Below are positions 41,909 to 50,628 of a stretch of 51,312 nucleotides of DNA, in pieces. A program made the position numbers and the translations under genes. Numbering within the stretch: the first letter of the stretch is position 1; the number at the start of each line of letters is the position of its first letter. This stretch comes from an uncultured Methanosarcinales archaeon (GTDB taxonomy: Archaea > Nanobdellota > Nanobdellia > Woesearchaeales > UBA525), in assembly GCA_964432865.1 (NCBI GenBank), contig CAYSOY010000001.1:1-51312 (forward strand), read 5' to 3'. The notes beneath the pieces are model-generated. The model ran no database searches. It saw nothing but the letters and a program-made list of their open reading frames with translations, and was not told where the DNA came from.

Positions 41909-42763
41909 ATGGTATTAGAGAATATCTTGTCGGCTGAAAAGGCAGAGAGCAGTCCTTTCCGAATGGTCTTTCTTGGTTTTTTATTCGTTGCGGTAGGCTC
42001 TTTTCTCGGTTTCCAGGTTTTCAAAAAATACTCTTCATTACTTTCAGTCTTCCTCTCTGCCATGGCTGCTATTCCTTTGATGATAAAGATAATAAAGATG
42101 GAAGAGGAGAAAGACCTTGAGGGGAAGAAAGAGTTGTGGTTGTTGAAAGAGCACTCCAAGGCACTCCTAAGTTTCTTCTGGCTTTTCATAGGAATGACTT
42201 TGGCTTTTACTGCGATATATCTTCTTGTTCCTTCTTCAACACTCAATGTTCTCTTTGAAGCTCAGACGAATACGATAACCAGTATAAATTCAGGAGTCAC
42301 ATCCTTCTCCACTGCGTCTTTCCAACACTTCACCGATATTTTTATGAATAATCTTCTTGTTCTTTTCTTCTGCGCTCTCTTCTCTCTTCTCTACGGCGCC
42401 GGAGCGATTTTTATACTCTCTTGGAACGCCTCTATAATTGGAGTTGCGATAGGAGATTTTATAAGGTCTGGCTTGACGACGTACTCGCACCTGTTGGGGT
42501 TGGAAAAAATTGCGCAGTACTTCCAGGTAGTAGGAGTAGGTCTTTTGAAATACGTAATTCACGGGGTTCCTGAGATACTTGCGTATTTTGTTGCCGGGCT
42601 CGCTGGAGGAATAATTTCAAAGGCGGTTGTAAACCACGATTTTGGAACGAAGGATTTTGAAAAAGTTCTTTTAGACTCCGCTGATCTTCTGCTGTTGAGT
42701 TTTGTACTGCTTCTGCTGGCTTCTGTTTTTGAAGTCTGGCTCACACCTCTCGTTTTCTCATAA
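41909..42763 (+). CDS. SpoIIM-like (DUF95) membrane protein
   Basis: FMNNLLVLFFCALFSLLYGAGAIFILSWNASIIG and HGVPEILAYFVAGLAGG are typical of the stage II sporulation protein M family. Confidence 0.7.
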   Translation: MVLENILSAEKAESSPFRMVFLGFLFVAVGSFLGFQVFKKYSSLLSVFLSAMAAIPLMIKIIKMEEEKDLEGKKELWLLKEHSKALLSFFWLFIGMTLAFTAIYLLVPSSTLNVLFEAQTNTITSINSGVTSFSTASFQHFTDIFMNNLLVLFFCALFSLLYGAGAIFILSWNASIIGVAIGDFIRSGLTTYSHLLGLEKIAQYFQVVGVGLLKYVIHGVPEILAYFVAGLAGGIISKAVVNHDFGTKDFEKVLLDSADLLLLSFVLLLLASVFEVWLTPLVFS

Positions 42764-42827
42764 AAATAATCTCTTTATTACCGTATTTTTTCTCTGTTTT
42801 TTAAACATTCTTTTTCTTATAGAATTT

Positions 42828-43490
42828 CTATTCAAGAACTTTTATCCTGCCTGCTTTCACTTCAAAAATTTCTCCTTCTCTCATTAAGAAGTCCAGTTTC
42901 TTTTCTGCACCGTCTCCGTGCTTCTCTATGACTTTATCTATATCAACTCCGTCCCCTGAGTCCATATCTTTTATAGTTTTAAGAAGATCTTTTGTAAGAA
43001 CTTTATTCTTCTCTTCTTTTTTCTTCTTTCCTTTCTTTACTTGTTCGCTTCTGTCTTCTTCTTGACTAACTCTGCTTTTCTTCTTCTCTTCCTTCTCCTT
43101 TTCTTCTATATTCTTGAGTTCTGTGTTCTTTTCAAGTTCTTTCTTTCTGTGCTGGAGCCACTTCCTCTTCTGCTTCTTCACTATCTCAAGTCTAATAAAC
43201 TTTCTATCATTGTACACTCTCGGTCTTCCCACTACCAATATTACATCTCCTACTTCTATATCTTTAAGAGGGTTTTTCTCTTCGAAGTTTCTTAGAAGAA
43301 TCTGCCCGCTTCCATCGTCCAAAACTCCTCTGTCTTCTCCCTTGGATATGAGAACTCCTACAAGGTTGGCTCTTGAAACTTTAAGTTCACCTCTTTTTAC
43401 ATAGTTTGGGCTCCACCCTTCTTTCACAACGTACTTGCCGTTCAGAATATTCTTCACATAACATTTTTTGGCAATCTCTCTCTGGACCAT
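42828..43490 (-). CDS. OB-fold DNA-binding protein with C-terminal winged helix (RPA32/Stn1-like architecture)
   Basis: OB fold: ANLVGVLISKGEDRGVLDDGSGQILLRNFEE..VGDVILVVGRPRVYNDRKFIRLEIV. A K/E-rich linker follows, then the wH LLKTIKDMDSGDGVDIDKVIEKHG..LDFLMREGEIFEVKAGRIKVL. Lies immediately downstream of mcm. Confidence 0.55.
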   Translation of the reverse strand: MVQREIAKKCYVKNILNGKYVVKEGWSPNYVKRGELKVSRANLVGVLISKGEDRGVLDDGSGQILLRNFEEKNPLKDIEVGDVILVVGRPRVYNDRKFIRLEIVKKQKRKWLQHRKKELEKNTELKNIEEKEKEEKKKSRVSQEEDRSEQVKKGKKKKEEKNKVLTKDLLKTIKDMDSGDGVDIDKVIEKHGDGAEKKLDFLMREGEIFEVKAGRIKVLE

Positions 43491-43579
43491 TTTAAACCCG
43501 TCCCCCACTTTTCTTTTAACTCTTTTTGAGTCTTTTATGACTTATTGAATAACTGCTGAGTTTAAAACTTTTATTTAAT

Positions 43580-45604
43580 CTATTTCATCTTTGAAATCTT
43601 CCCTCTTTTTGGGCTATACAGATCGCCCGACCTTTTCATCTTGTCTATTATCTCCTCTGTTTTCTCTTTGCTGATATCTCTTATCTCTGCCTCTTCTATA
43701 ATCTCTTCTATTTCCATCTCGTTGTCCGTCTTTTCTTCCAACTCGTCGATGATATCTCTTATTACTGTTATATAATTTCTCTGACTGGCGGTGATACCTG
43801 TGCTGATCTTGTCTATGTCTATCTCTCCTGTTTCAGGGTCTATACTTATCTTCTTCAGGCAGAAGTGGAGGAGTTCCACTGCTTTCTCGGCGTCGCTCCT
43901 CTTAACTTTTTTTCCAAGGCGCATCTTTGAGTTCGCTTCCGCCAGACGAACAAGTGCTTCCAACTGCCTCGCATTTATAGGAACGGTGTTGAATCCTTCC
44001 TCTTTATTTCCTTTCTTCCTCATCTTCAGATAGTAGTCTTTCAATTCATCGACCGCCGCCTCTGTCAAATCCGGGTTTTCTGCGTCTTTCTTCGCGTAGG
44101 CTATGTATTTTCTTAGTATGTCAGTCTCTATCTCTGCTTTCTCGGGGCTTCGCCTCTCTTTATGAATCTCCAGTATGAAAGAAGCCATTTTTTCATCTCT
44201 GTCTTCGTCGGGCAGGTCTTTTATAGGAAATATAAGATCGAACCTGTTGATAAGCGTCGTCGGGAGGTCTATCTGTTTAGGAATCTCTTTGTACGGGTCA
44301 AATCTTCCGAACTTCGGGTTCGCAGCTGCCAGAACTGTTGTTTCGCTCTTCAGTGTTGCCTGGATGTTGGCCTTGTTTATCGTTATAGTCTGTTGCTCGA
44401 GGGCCTCGTGCATGGCTGTCCTGTCATCTTTGTCCATCTTGTCCAGTTCGTCTATACAGCATATTCCTTTGTTGGCAAGCACCAGCGCTCCTGCTTCCAG
44501 AGCCCAGCCTTTTAAGAATTCGTCCTTGACTACTGATGCAGTCAGACCTGCTCCAGAAGCTCCTTTGCCCGAGAGATATCTTGCCTTCGGCGCGACCTCT
44601 GACACTCTTTTGAGGAGTTGGCTCTTTCCCGCTCCTGGGTCTCCTATGAGAAGGACGTGTATGTCGCCTCTGTTCTGTACTTCACCCGAGGTTTTTTTGC
44701 ACCCCCCGAATAGTTGGAGAACCAGCGCATCTTTTATTTTCTGGTGTCCATAGATGTTCGGAGCGACTGAGTTTCTGAATTCTTTCTGAACGTTTTTTGA
44801 TTCACTTATCTCCCTTATCTCTTTGAGTTCTTCAGAAGATATCTCTATGTCTGTAAATTTTTCGTGTATTGGTTCTATATAGTTCGATTCTATTTGGAGG
44901 TCGAACCTTGTGGATTTTCCCCCTCTTTTATGCATCACAGGTATCTCATTCAACTTCCCCACGACTTTGACTTTTGAACCAGGGCTTGTTCTTTTCTCGT
45001 TTATCGGGCTTACAAGATCTTTTTTTACTATGGCGTCTATTCTCTTTGGCTGAGCTCCTCCCTCTATGTCCTCTGTGGCTTCTTCCAATACTATTCTCTG
45101 CGCGTCTACGAGTTCTTTGCTCAGCATACGGAATTTGCTCTTCCTTCCGCAGGAACACCTGTTCGGTTCTCTGAACTTTGATTTTTTTTGTAGCACAGGT
45201 ATTATGTTTCCGCAACTTGGGCATTCGAATCTTGCACTTGTCACCTGCGGTCTTACATCTGATTTCTGCCTCACCACACCCGCAACTTGGATGAGTTTGT
45301 CTATGTGTTTGCTTCGTAGGTTGCTTATCATTACTTCCTGGCTTTCAGGAAGGTCTTTTATTCTGAGGTTGAAACTCTCCGTGTCTCCTTCGAGGTCCAG
45401 TTTGTTGACTGCTTCTCCTCCAGCTTTCAGGGTTTCTTCAGGGGTCTCCAATAGTACCTCTGCGAGTTCCGGATGGAATTTTGAAATCTTGGTGAACTCT
45501 ATTGGAAGAAATTTGTACCCCTTTCTTACTTTTTCAAGTAGTTGGTCGTAGTATTCTGTTTCGAGGAATTTTTGAAATTTCTTTATCTGTTCTGCATATT
45601 CCAT
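43580..45604 (-). CDS. mcm: MCM replicative helicase
   Basis: Zinc ribbon CPSCGN..CSCG, Walker A GDPGAGKSQ, Walker B CCIDELDKM, Arg-finger region NRFDLIF, C-terminal wH. Confidence 0.92.
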   Translation of the reverse strand: MEYAEQIKKFQKFLETEYYDQLLEKVRKGYKFLPIEFTKISKFHPELAEVLLETPEETLKAGGEAVNKLDLEGDTESFNLRIKDLPESQEVMISNLRSKHIDKLIQVAGVVRQKSDVRPQVTSARFECPSCGNIIPVLQKKSKFREPNRCSCGRKSKFRMLSKELVDAQRIVLEEATEDIEGGAQPKRIDAIVKKDLVSPINEKRTSPGSKVKVVGKLNEIPVMHKRGGKSTRFDLQIESNYIEPIHEKFTDIEISSEELKEIREISESKNVQKEFRNSVAPNIYGHQKIKDALVLQLFGGCKKTSGEVQNRGDIHVLLIGDPGAGKSQLLKRVSEVAPKARYLSGKGASGAGLTASVVKDEFLKGWALEAGALVLANKGICCIDELDKMDKDDRTAMHEALEQQTITINKANIQATLKSETTVLAAANPKFGRFDPYKEIPKQIDLPTTLINRFDLIFPIKDLPDEDRDEKMASFILEIHKERRSPEKAEIETDILRKYIAYAKKDAENPDLTEAAVDELKDYYLKMRKKGNKEEGFNTVPINARQLEALVRLAEANSKMRLGKKVKRSDAEKAVELLHFCLKKISIDPETGEIDIDKISTGITASQRNYITVIRDIIDELEEKTDNEMEIEEIIEEAEIRDISKEKTEEIIDKMKRSGDLYSPKRGKISKMK

Positions 45605-45820
45605 CTTTTTATACTATTTTATACTATTTACTCTATATTGCTTTTGTCTTTCTTTTGCTTGAAGTGGTCTCTTCTCTACTGTTCTACAGATTAGGACAGA
45701 AACCCCCAGTTAATACCAACAATTAAGTTGAAGAGCAGATACTTTTTCAACGTTTTGGTCGTGCTGTCGAATATTCTCTGTTTCTTTCACAAAGTTTTCG
45801 ACATCTATTGGTGTTGGTTA

Positions 45821-46381
45821 TTAGTCCAGATTTGTCAACACTTCTATGAGTTTCTCTACTGCTTTGTCTACTTGCTCTTCTGACTTGGTTCCTGTACAGA
45901 CGATTTTTCCGTTTGTAAACAATAGGAATGTGGCTTTTGCAGCCATAAGTTTGTAGACTAGCCCGGGGAACTGTTCTGGTTCGTACTCTGTGTTCTCCAG
46001 TTTCATGGCGAGTTTGTTCAGGTTTACGTCCATTCCTATGTTTCCGGATGCTACCATGTTTTGAATGGTTATATCCGGTTTTACCCTGATTTCTATGCCT
46101 ATTTCTTCGACGCTGTCAACTATCTTCTCAACACTTCTTTCTGCCTCTTCGAGGCTGTTTGCTCCTGTGCAGACGATTTTGCCGGAGCTGAATATAAGCG
46201 CTGAGGTCTCTGGTTCTTTTATTCTTAGGACCAATCCGGGAAACTGCTCGGGATTATACTCTGTGTTGCTCAGCATCGCCGCCATCTTTTCCAGAGGCAC
46301 GTCGTGTTCCAAGTTTGTAGAAACAACAATATTCACTATCTCTGTATCATTTTTTTCTTTTTTCTTTTGGTTAGTTTTCAT
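45821..46381 (-). CDS. tbp: TATA-box binding protein
   Basis: Two direct repeats: EYNPEQFPGLVLRIKEPETSALIFSSGKIVCTG and EYEPEQFPGLVYKLMAAKATFLLFTNGKIVCTG. Confidence 0.92.
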   Translation of the reverse strand: MKTNQKKKEKNDTEIVNIVVSTNLEHDVPLEKMAAMLSNTEYNPEQFPGLVLRIKEPETSALIFSSGKIVCTGANSLEEAERSVEKIVDSVEEIGIEIRVKPDITIQNMVASGNIGMDVNLNKLAMKLENTEYEPEQFPGLVYKLMAAKATFLLFTNGKIVCTGTKSEEQVDKAVEKLIEVLTNLD

Positions 46382-46486
46382 TATTACAACCCCCTTTATA
46401 AACTGAAAATCAAGGGCTATTTATAAATGCTTTTATTTTTCAATAGATCTTTCACTTGCAATATATTATAGAATACGTCAACCTTT

Positions 46487-46499
46487 GTTTCATTTGGAG
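46487..46499 (+). repeat. ORB-like core GTTTCATTTGGAG
   Basis: Read directly from the sequence, within CAACCTTTGTTTCATTTGGAGTTTTT. Confidence 0.55.
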
Positions 46500-46582
46500 T
46501 TTTTTATTTTCAATAGGCCTCCTCTAAAAACAACTTTTTTCATTACCTTTTTCTAATCTTAGTATACAAAATACACCCCTTT

Positions 46583-46595
46583 GTTTCAGGTGGAG
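46583..46595 (+). repeat. ORB-like core GTTTCAGGTGGAG
   Basis: Read directly from the sequence. It lies 96 nt from the previous copy. The surrounding sequence (46574-46594) matches the oriC ORB at 40395-40415 at 20 of 21 positions. Confidence 0.6.
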
Positions 46596-46681
46596 TTTTT
46601 CTTTTTTGAAACAAGTTTTTTTGTTTTTACATATCTTAATTTAATTCTTTTATACTTATTTATTAATATAAATAGTTTATT

Positions 46682-46699
46682 TTTTTCAATATTGAAAAA
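46682..46699. repeat. 18-bp perfect palindrome TTTTTCAATATTGAAAAA (copy 2)
   Basis: Identical to 33212-33229. Confidence 0.9.
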
Positions 46700-46758
46700 T
46701 ATTCTTTTTTGTTAGTAGACAAAACCCAAACAACAGATTATTCTCAAATCTAACTCTA

Positions 46759-48420
46759 CTACTCTTCGTCCTCTGAATCAGAGGTGTTGAAGAATTTTGA
46801 AAACACTGACTGTCCCAGCACCAAGAGAAGAATTCCCGCAGAGATAAGAGATACTACCTTGAAAACATTGGAAAAACCGTTCTCTTTGTTCTCATACACT
46901 GTTTTTCCAGTAATCTTATCCTGTGATTCGCCAGTTCCATTCTTAGCGGAGTTGTTGTAACCCGTCCTCTCTCCATCCTTCTCTCCTCTCTCTGACAGAG
47001 ATGAATTAACTGATGTGTTCTCCTCGCTACTTTCCTCTTTTTCTCCCTCCTCTACAACAACCTCTTCTCTCAACTCTATAGGCGTCTTTCTCCCCGCTCT
47101 GAAGAGTTTCACTTTTAACTTGTACTCTCCTGGCTCTCCCTGAAACGATGACTTTAACGTGACCTCTTTACTCTCGGAACTTTCCAGTTTGAACGCCCTG
47201 TTGTTGGAATCCCTCTCTCCTGAGTAGGACTTGCTCCCTCTGTAGATGTAACTGTACACCTCGTAGTGCTTCCTGGACTCAAAGATGTTATTAACAGTCA
47301 CCGTCGCACTCAGGCTGTTTCCTTTAATAAGAGTCTTGTTAAAGTCAGTAAGAACCAACTCTTCTTTCTTCTCCGGCGTGTAAGAGATGGTGCTCGAAGT
47401 CGTAGAAGAGCAGTCGCGTGGGGGACAGTCTTTCTGAGAATCGTCTCTGTCAGGACAGTGACTCTCTATTAAATCCTCTATTTCAAAACTCTTCTTATCG
47501 GTGGCGTTCAGGCCCTCCATTACAAAAGAGTAATCCCCGTTTTCGAAATCCCACTCGCAGTTGTTGTCTATCAGGACAGGCACTTTTACTTCTACTTCTT
47601 TATACTTGTCATAGAGGTTGAAGTACGTTATTCTTGAAACTCTCTCCTCCCCGTTCTCAATATAAGACCTTACGCTTATTTTTGAAGTGTCTCCTTTGTA
47701 AACATTTGCCTTTGCTCGGACTGTGTCTCCGAACTGGACTTTTTCAGAGGATAATTCTTCTATCGTTATTGAACTTTCCGGAGCAGGTGTGGTGGAACTA
47801 TTGGTGGAGTTAGTAGAGTTTGTAGTGTTCGAATTAGTGGAGTTCGTTCTGTTTGTCGAAGAGTTGGTGGTGTTTGAACTGTTGTTAGAGGATAAGACTT
47901 TATAGATTATTCTAACACCTCTGTTTTCGGAAACGTTGACACTGTTGGTGCAGTTTATCCACGCGAGGCGGTTTTTGAATATCAAGACTCTGTCTTCTTC
48001 TTCAATCTTTGGTGTGTACCTCTTCAAATAATCGTTTGAAGTGTTGTATTTGTCCTTCCAAATTCTGCTCTGCAGGTCTTCAACCCAGTATTCTATCTTG
48101 TAAGAGTAGGCTTCCGAACTTATGTTGTTGTAGAATTTTACTGTCTCTCCGTCAACACTGGAACTGTTTCTGTCTTTAAAAAAGAGGTTTAAGGTGACGT
48201 TGCACGGCTTTGTTGAATTGGTGGTGTTGGTTGAGTTGGTTGTGGAGTTTAGGCTGGAGTTGGAACTGTTTGTTGAGGTTGAATTCTCCGCTTCCGCGTG
48301 GAATGAAAGAAGAAGTATAGATACTGTCAGGAGGAGAAGAATTGCTGAAAGAGTTAATACTCTCTGAAGTGCAGAAGGGGTATCTTTCTGCTCGTCCGCA
48401 CTAATAACTGCTCTGCTCAT
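46759..48420 (-). CDS. secreted/surface-anchored protein with N-S-T-rich sequon tracts
   Basis: N-terminal signal/TM (LTLSAILLLLTVSILLLSF) and C-terminal TM (VVSLISAGILLLVLGQSVF) plus an acidic tail. Tracts such as NSTSTNSSNSSLNSTTNSTNTTNST and NSSNTTNSSTNRTNSTNSNTTNSTNSTNSS are dense N-x-S/T sequons. Confidence 0.65.
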   Translation of the reverse strand: MSRAVISADEQKDTPSALQRVLTLSAILLLLTVSILLLSFHAEAENSTSTNSSNSSLNSTTNSTNTTNSTKPCNVTLNLFFKDRNSSSVDGETVKFYNNISSEAYSYKIEYWVEDLQSRIWKDKYNTSNDYLKRYTPKIEEEDRVLIFKNRLAWINCTNSVNVSENRGVRIIYKVLSSNNSSNTTNSSTNRTNSTNSNTTNSTNSTNSSTTPAPESSITIEELSSEKVQFGDTVRAKANVYKGDTSKISVRSYIENGEERVSRITYFNLYDKYKEVEVKVPVLIDNNCEWDFENGDYSFVMEGLNATDKKSFEIEDLIESHCPDRDDSQKDCPPRDCSSTTSSTISYTPEKKEELVLTDFNKTLIKGNSLSATVTVNNIFESRKHYEVYSYIYRGSKSYSGERDSNNRAFKLESSESKEVTLKSSFQGEPGEYKLKVKLFRAGRKTPIELREEVVVEEGEKEESSEENTSVNSSLSERGEKDGERTGYNNSAKNGTGESQDKITGKTVYENKENGFSNVFKVVSLISAGILLLVLGQSVFSKFFNTSDSEDEE

Positions 48421-48609
48421 ACTCTTTCAGAACACAGATTTTTTTAAATCAGTTATTGGATAAAATTCGGAAAGCATTCGTACATAATAAAATATTTTTA
48501 TGGAGCGATTACAGAAATAAGGAATATACAACTATATAAAATATATACCCAAGTTAAATAATATATGAAAACAGGATTTGGTAATGAAGCAGTAAAGAAG
48601 GTGGTGTGA

Positions 48610-48939
48610 ATGAGTTGTATAAGTTGCAATGAAGAGATAACTAACCCAATCTGCGTAAAATGCATTGGAAGAGGGATCTCCGACTGGTTGGAGAAGAAAG
48701 ATTTTTCTTTGAAAAACAAGGTGGAGGTTTTGACTGAACTTCTATTCCTCAATCGAGGAGATACTGCTTGTATAAAATGTGGAAACAGCATAGGTCTCTG
48801 TAACTACTGCTACACAGAAGAAGTGGGCGACTGGCTGAAGAGAGAAGTACCAGAGTTGGAAAAGAGGTTCAGAGAATACTTCAACTACCACTTAAAACAG
48901 AAAAAAGACCTCTTGAAAAAAGAGAAAGTGACAGTCTGA
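48610..48939 (+). CDS. small Cys-rich (double CxxC) protein
   Basis: CISCNEEITNPICVKCIGRGISDWLEKK and CIKCGNSIGLCNYCYTEEVGDWLKRE form a duplicated CxxC-x8-9-CxxC..DWL module. The C-terminus is basic. Confidence 0.55.
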   Translation: MSCISCNEEITNPICVKCIGRGISDWLEKKDFSLKNKVEVLTELLFLNRGDTACIKCGNSIGLCNYCYTEEVGDWLKREVPELEKRFREYFNYHLKQKKDLLKKEKVTV

Positions 48940-49029
48940 CACAGAAAAGGTTGTTCAGAAACAAGTAGAGATGGTCAACTACTTGATCTAATAAAAAAGT
49001 TTATAAACCTTGTTTGCGTATAATACTTT

Positions 49030-49233
49030 ATGGAATCGAAAGACTGGTTTTTTGCCGTTGTGGAGGTGGTGATCTGTTATTTCTTCATATACTACCTGCT
49101 GTCCTCCATCAAAGGCGGAGTAGTCAACCTCTGGGTGGATGCACTGGTACTGGTGGTCTTGGCATACCTGGGAACAATAATTTCTCCCTGGTTCAGGAAG
49201 ACCAACGCTTGGCGGAGGCTCTTCAAGGAGTAG
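49030..49233 (+). CDS. hypothetical 2-TM membrane protein (67 aa)
   Basis: Hydrophobic helices FFAVVEVVICYFFIYYLL and WVDALVLVVLAYLGTII. No family recognised. Confidence 0.4.
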   Translation: MESKDWFFAVVEVVICYFFIYYLLSSIKGGVVNLWVDALVLVVLAYLGTIISPWFRKTNAWRRLFKE

Positions 49234-49379
49234 AACCGGAGCAGAAACTTCGATTGAGAGGTTGCAGGAGAAGGATTACTAACCTGTACTGTTGTCTTTG
49301 ATTTACGTATAGATTTTTTTGGACTGCACTTGAAAGAACAGCAGTAAGATTTAAAATTAGCAGTGGTTTCCTCCCAAGT

Positions 49380-49652
49380 ATGGTCTTGGTGAAACTCTTA
49401 GGTGTTCTGGACTTCCTCGTAGCCATAGCGATAATACTCACACCGCTGAACATAATACCAACTTACTTCCACCTTGTTCTGGCAGGGTACTTGGTGGTCA
49501 AAGGCATATTTTTCCTCACAGACATTACGAGTTACCTCGATATATCATTTGGACTCTACATGTGTCTGATACTATACTGGAACCCTGTAAGCGTGAGCGT
49601 AGTTATAGGGTGCTACTTGATAATAAAGGCTCTCTTCTCCCTTGGGAGTTAA
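49380..49652 (+). CDS. hypothetical 3-TM membrane protein (90 aa)
   Basis: Hydrophobic throughout. No family recognised. Confidence 0.4.
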   Translation: MVLVKLLGVLDFLVAIAIILTPLNIIPTYFHLVLAGYLVVKGIFFLTDITSYLDISFGLYMCLILYWNPVSVSVVIGCYLIIKALFSLGS

Positions 49653-49737
49653 GGGTGTGCTTTTCTAAGATTTCTGCAGAGAACACGGTGTGTAAAAAAC
49701 CGTTGAGATGAGAAAGCACTGTGGACACTGTGCGGGG

Positions 49738-50499
49738 TCAGGCGTTCTCTACGACTTTGTGGTAGACGTAAGTGACTGCTGAAGCCAGTATTAAGGATAT
49801 TAAGAAGGAGTAGAAGTTAAAGAGTAGGGATAGAACCGTGAAGAAGAGAGCGAACAGAAGACAGAACACGTATATCGGCCTGGAGTGGAAGAAGATGTTG
49901 AAACCAGCAGTAGCGGGTCCGAGCGTCTTGAAACTCCTCCAAATCTTAAGAGTAGTCAGGAGAGGTATAGGTAGGAAGGAGAACAGCATGATAAAAATGT
50001 TTACCATCAAAAGGTTTTCGAAAACAGGTAGTTTTGTAGAAATCCACAAGAGTTTCAGAGGCAGAAGAAGGAGAAGAGAAGTTAGAGATCCGGCGAGCGA
50101 TATCGCTGACAACTCCCAGTTCTTGAAGCCAGGGTGAAACCTCCAAGTCCTCAACCTTTTTATCAAACTGAAAGAGAGGACCCCTGTGACAAAGAAAGGC
50201 ACGTAGCCGTAAGAGAACAAGCCTATGAACACCCCTACTATCAGAGCGACCACGTGCTCTTTGAAAACAACCTTGTACCCTTGCTTTACCCCGAAGAGTT
50301 TCTGAGCAGAGACGTGGACGAAGAGAAGAACAAAGAAGGACAGAAAGACAAACAAGTAGTTCATCAAGGCGGAGACTCCAAAATCTATTATTCTGAGAGA
50401 AAGAACAAAAGCTCCAAAGAAAGAGGTTATAAGAAGAGCTAACAACTCCCTCGGAGAGAATTCAAGGTATTTCAGCGTGTTGTGAGTGTTGTCTCCCAT
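49738..50499 (-). CDS. site-2-protease (M50)-like membrane protein with degenerate catalytic motifs
   Basis: LLFVHVSAQKLFG sits where HExxH is expected, AISLAGSLTSLLL resembles the AGP motif, and NIFIMLFSFLPIPLL sits where N..L..FNLLP..PLDG is expected. ATG 50499 is preferred (a TATA-like ATTTAAAAAG lies ~32 nt upstream); the track start is 50586. Confidence 0.5.
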   Translation of the reverse strand: MGDNTHNTLKYLEFSPRELLALLITSFFGAFVLSLRIIDFGVSALMNYLFVFLSFFVLLFVHVSAQKLFGVKQGYKVVFKEHVVALIVGVFIGLFSYGYVPFFVTGVLSFSLIKRLRTWRFHPGFKNWELSAISLAGSLTSLLLLLPLKLLWISTKLPVFENLLMVNIFIMLFSFLPIPLLTTLKIWRSFKTLGPATAGFNIFFHSRPIYVFCLLFALFFTVLSLLFNFYSFLISLILASAVTYVYHKVVENA

Positions 50500-50628
50500 G
50501 GTTCTATCCAGATTAATTAAACTTATACTTTTTAAATATGTTGTTTTCTCTTTCTCCACTTTCAGTCTGGCCTTCTTCAGAAACATTTATTAAGTGAGAG
50601 AAGAAGAACAAAGCGAGGTATGAAATAG

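Noticed and set aside
7640-45604. Inteins in nrdJ, polD DP2 or mcm
   Set aside because: The protein lengths (710, 1209 and 674 aa) and contiguous catalytic motifs leave no room for an intein. No splicing-junction or homing-endonuclease motifs were seen.
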